Assembly: GCF_030028105.1 (NCBI RefSeq)
Contig: NC_092375.1
Span: forward strand, 34,199,130-34,263,129
DNA length: 64,000 nt
Source: Mobula birostris
Taxonomy: Eukaryota
Direction of reading: 5' to 3'
The notes under the pieces were generated by a model. It worked only from the letters and a program-made list of their open reading frames with translations. It searched no databases and was not told where the DNA came from. Numbering within the stretch: the first letter of the stretch is position 1; every line of letters begins with the position of its first letter. The position numbers were made by a program, and so were the translations under genes. Below, one piece after another: positions 60,943 through 64,000 of the stretch.

Positions 60943-63071
60943 TAGAATGTTTCATAGAACCATACCATAGAAACTACAGCACAGAAACAGGCCCTTTGGC
61001 CCTTCTTGGCTGTGCCGAACCATTTTCTGCCTAGTCCCACTGACCTGCACATGGACCATATCCCTCCATACACCTCCCATCCATGTATCTGTCCAATTTA
61101 TTCTTAAATGTTAAAAAAGAACCCACATTTACCACCTCGTCTGGTAGCTCACTCCATACTCCCACCACTCTCTGTGTGAAGAAGCCCCCCCTAATGTTCC
61201 CTTTAAACTTTTCCCCCCTCACCCTTAACCCATGTCCTCTGGTTTTTTTCTCCCCTTGCCTCAGTGGAAAAAGCCTGCTTGCATTCACTCTATCTATACC
61301 CATCATAATTTTATATACCTCTATCAAATCTCCCCTCATTCTTCTACGCTCCAGGGAATAAAGTCCTAACCTATTCAACCTTTCTCTGTAACTGAGTTTC
61401 TCAAGTCCCGGCAACGTCCTTGTAAACCTTCTCTGCACTCTTTCAACCTTATTTATATCCTTCCTGTAATTTGGTGACCAAAACTGAACACAATACTCCA
61501 GATTCGGCCTCACCAATGCCTTATACAACCTCATCATAACATTCCAGCTCTTATACTCAATACTTTGATTAATAAAGGCCAATGTACCAAAAGCTCTCTT
61601 TACGACCCTATCTACCTGTGACGACACTTTTAGGGAATTTTGTATCTGTATTCCCAGATCCCTCTGTTCCACTGCACTCCTCAGTGCCTTACCATTAACC
61701 CTGTATGTTCTACCTTGGTTTGTCCTTCCAACGTGCAATACCTCACACTTGTCAGTATTAAACTCCATCTGCCATTTTTCAGCCCATTTTTCCAGCTGGT
61801 CCAAGTCCCTCTGCAGGCTCTGAAAACCTTCCTCACTGTCCACTACACCTCCAATCTTTGTATCATCAGCAAACTTGCTGATCCAATTTACCACATTATC
61901 ATCCAGATCATTGATATAGATGACAAATAACAATGGACCCAGCACTGATCCCTGTGGCACACCACTAGTCACAGGCCTCCACTCAGAGAAGCAATTCTCT
62001 ACCACCACTCTCTGGCTTCTTCCATCAAGCCAATGTCTAATCCAATTTACCACCTCTCCATGTATACCTAGCGACTGAATTTTCCTAACTAACCTCCCAT
62101 GCGGGACCTTGTCAAAGGCCTTACTGAAGTCCATGTAAACAATATCCACTGCCTTCCCTTCATCCACTTTCCTGGTAACCTCCTCGAAAAACTCCAACAG
62201 ATTGGTCAAACATGACTTACCACGCACAAAGCCATGTTCACTCTCCCTATAAGCCCCTGTCTATCCAAATGCTTGTAGATTCTGTCTCTTAGTACTCCCT
62301 CCAACAACTTACCTACTACTGACGTTAAACTCACTGGCCCATAATTTCCCGGATTACTTTTCAATCCTTTTTTAAGCAACGGAACAACATGAGCCACTCT
62401 CCAATACTCCGGCGCTTCACCCGTAGACAGCGACATTTTAAATATTTCTACCAGGGCCCCCGCAATTTCACACTAGTCTCCTTCAAGGTCCGAGGGAACA
62501 CTCTGTCAGGTCCCGGGGATTTATCCACTTTAATTTTCCTCAAGACAGCAAGCACCTCCTCCTTTTCAATCTGTACAGTTTCCATGGTCTCACTACTTGA
62601 TTCCCTCAATTCCATAGATTTCATGCCAGCTTCCTTAGTAAATACAGACGCAAAAAACCTATTTATGATCTCCTCCATTTCCTTTGGTACCGCACAAAGC
62701 CGACCACTCTGATCTTCAAGAGGACCAATTTTATCCCTTACAATCCTTTTGCTCTTAATATACTTGTAAAAGCTCTTTGGATTATCCTTCACTTTGACTG
62801 CCAAGACAACCTCATGTCTTCTTTTTGCCCTCCTGATTTCTTTCTTAAGTATTTTTTTGCACTTCTTATACTCCTCAAGCACCTGATTTACCCCGTTTCC
62901 TATACATTTCATACAACTCCCTCTTCTTCTTTATCAGAGTTGCAATATCCCTTGAGAACCAAGGTTCCTTATTCCTATTCAATTTGCCTTTAATCCTGAC
63001 AGGAACATACAAACTCTGCACTCTCAAAATTTCCCCTTTGAAGGCTTCGCACCTACCAATCACACCTTTGC
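60943..63071 (-). mobile_element. Young 5'-truncated CR1 LINE with 8-bp TSD
   Basis: Uninterrupted 398-aa RT C-terminal ORF (61031-62227; DFSKAFDKV, GVPQGSVLGPLLF, KFADDTKI). TSD CATGATCA at 60935-60942 and 63072-63079. (TTCTATG)-type tail. Confidence 0.95.
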
Positions 63072-63734
63072 CATGATCAACATATAAATACATGCAAGAA
63101 CTGTAATTTGTACCCAACAGCCTTGAAACTTAGTTTTGTTACATATTGTTGGAAGTTATTCGTGTTAAAAGAGTAGCTAAGTTCAATGCAGATAAAGTAG
63201 TATTAACTGAAACATTTTCATGGTCTCAAATATTTAGCTTAATGTTTACATCATATTTTCACAGAAAAAAGTAATTTTTAAAAAATTTGCTCTTTGGATT
63301 CAGAGAAACAGGCCCACCATATTCATGCCAACTGTGATATCTATGCTAAATGCATCTCTTTCACCTGAAACCTGAAAGTTTCCGTATTCCCTTTGTTCTT
63401 TCCAAAACTATGTCTCACATAATCCAGAAATTATTGAATCTCTGTAAATCTATTTCTTTGTCATTCTAAATGGCAGGAATGATAATGTAGAACTTCAGCA
63501 ACAGTCCCTATATTTCAGTATATTATTTTCTATAGTTCTCATTATATTTGAGAGAACATTTGTGAACACTGATCATTAAATTTGATCATATAGTTATGAT
63601 AGGATTCCAGTGAGTGATATCTGTGATATATGTATAATGACAAAGAAGTCAATGATTCAAACTAAATATTTATTAGAACTTAAGAACAGAGAATTCTGGA
63701 AACACTGTAAACCAGGCAGCATCTTTTACAAATA

Positions 63735-64000
63735 TAAATATATAAAGCTGAAGAGGGTAGCTAAGATCAACGTAGGTCCCTTGGAAGATGAGAAGGGGAA
63801 ATTGATATTGGGTGATAAGGAAATGGCTGAGGCATTGAACGACTATTTTGTGTCTGTCTTCACGGTGGAGGACAGGGCTAATATTACAAAGAATGATGTT
63901 GTGGACGAAATGGTTGGAGAGGACCTCGATAAAATCGCTGTCACTAAAGAGATAGTGATGAGCAAACTAGAGGGCCTGAAGGTAGATAAGTCCCCTGGTC
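63735..64000 (+). mobile_element. CR1 LINE fragment running off the window
   Basis: Translates as 'YIKLKRVAKINVGPLEDEKG...EMAEALNDYFVSVFTVED...LKVDKSPG'. Confidence 0.88.

Noticed and set aside
61031-62227. 398-aa RT ORF as a domesticated gene or retron-like system
   Set aside because: It lies in a TSD-flanked, 5'-truncated CR1 with upstream frameshifts and many decayed paralogs in the window.

Overview
This is vertebrate nuclear DNA, not prokaryotic. The HE1/V-SINE, CR1, Rex1 and Penelope repeat landscape suggests a cartilaginous fish, probably a ray (inference). Host genes are: an intact, intronless FAM172B/ARB2-family gene (+, 27930-28961); a complete three-coding-exon TXNL4B/Dim2 (-, 39549-33268, 149 aa) that the ORF track mostly misses; TRMT10C/MRPP1 (+, 41968-43260), head-to-head with TXNL4B; and the last coding exon plus long 3' UTR of PCNP (-, 60710-60833). 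A CpG-rich promoter with candidate 5' exons of a minus-strand gene lies at about 13.7-14.6 kb and is probably SENP7, by synteny only. Most of the remainder is nested transposon debris: CR1, Rex1-like, RTE, L1, R4/Dong, Penelope, a solo LTR, hAT, Tc1 and V-SINEs, several with readable target-site duplications (TSDs). I found no CRISPR array, rRNA or true tRNA gene, and no clearly new multi-gene system. The best leads are: FAM172B as an intact, CpG-preserving probable retrogene with a degenerate hydrolase triad; a two-copy MITE with 6-bp TSDs and an internal extra TIR; an R4/Dong remnant split by a CR1; degenerate Penelope hammerhead ribozymes; and a Rex1-derived non-autonomous element nested in an L1. 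All family assignments come from recalled motifs; no database searches were run.
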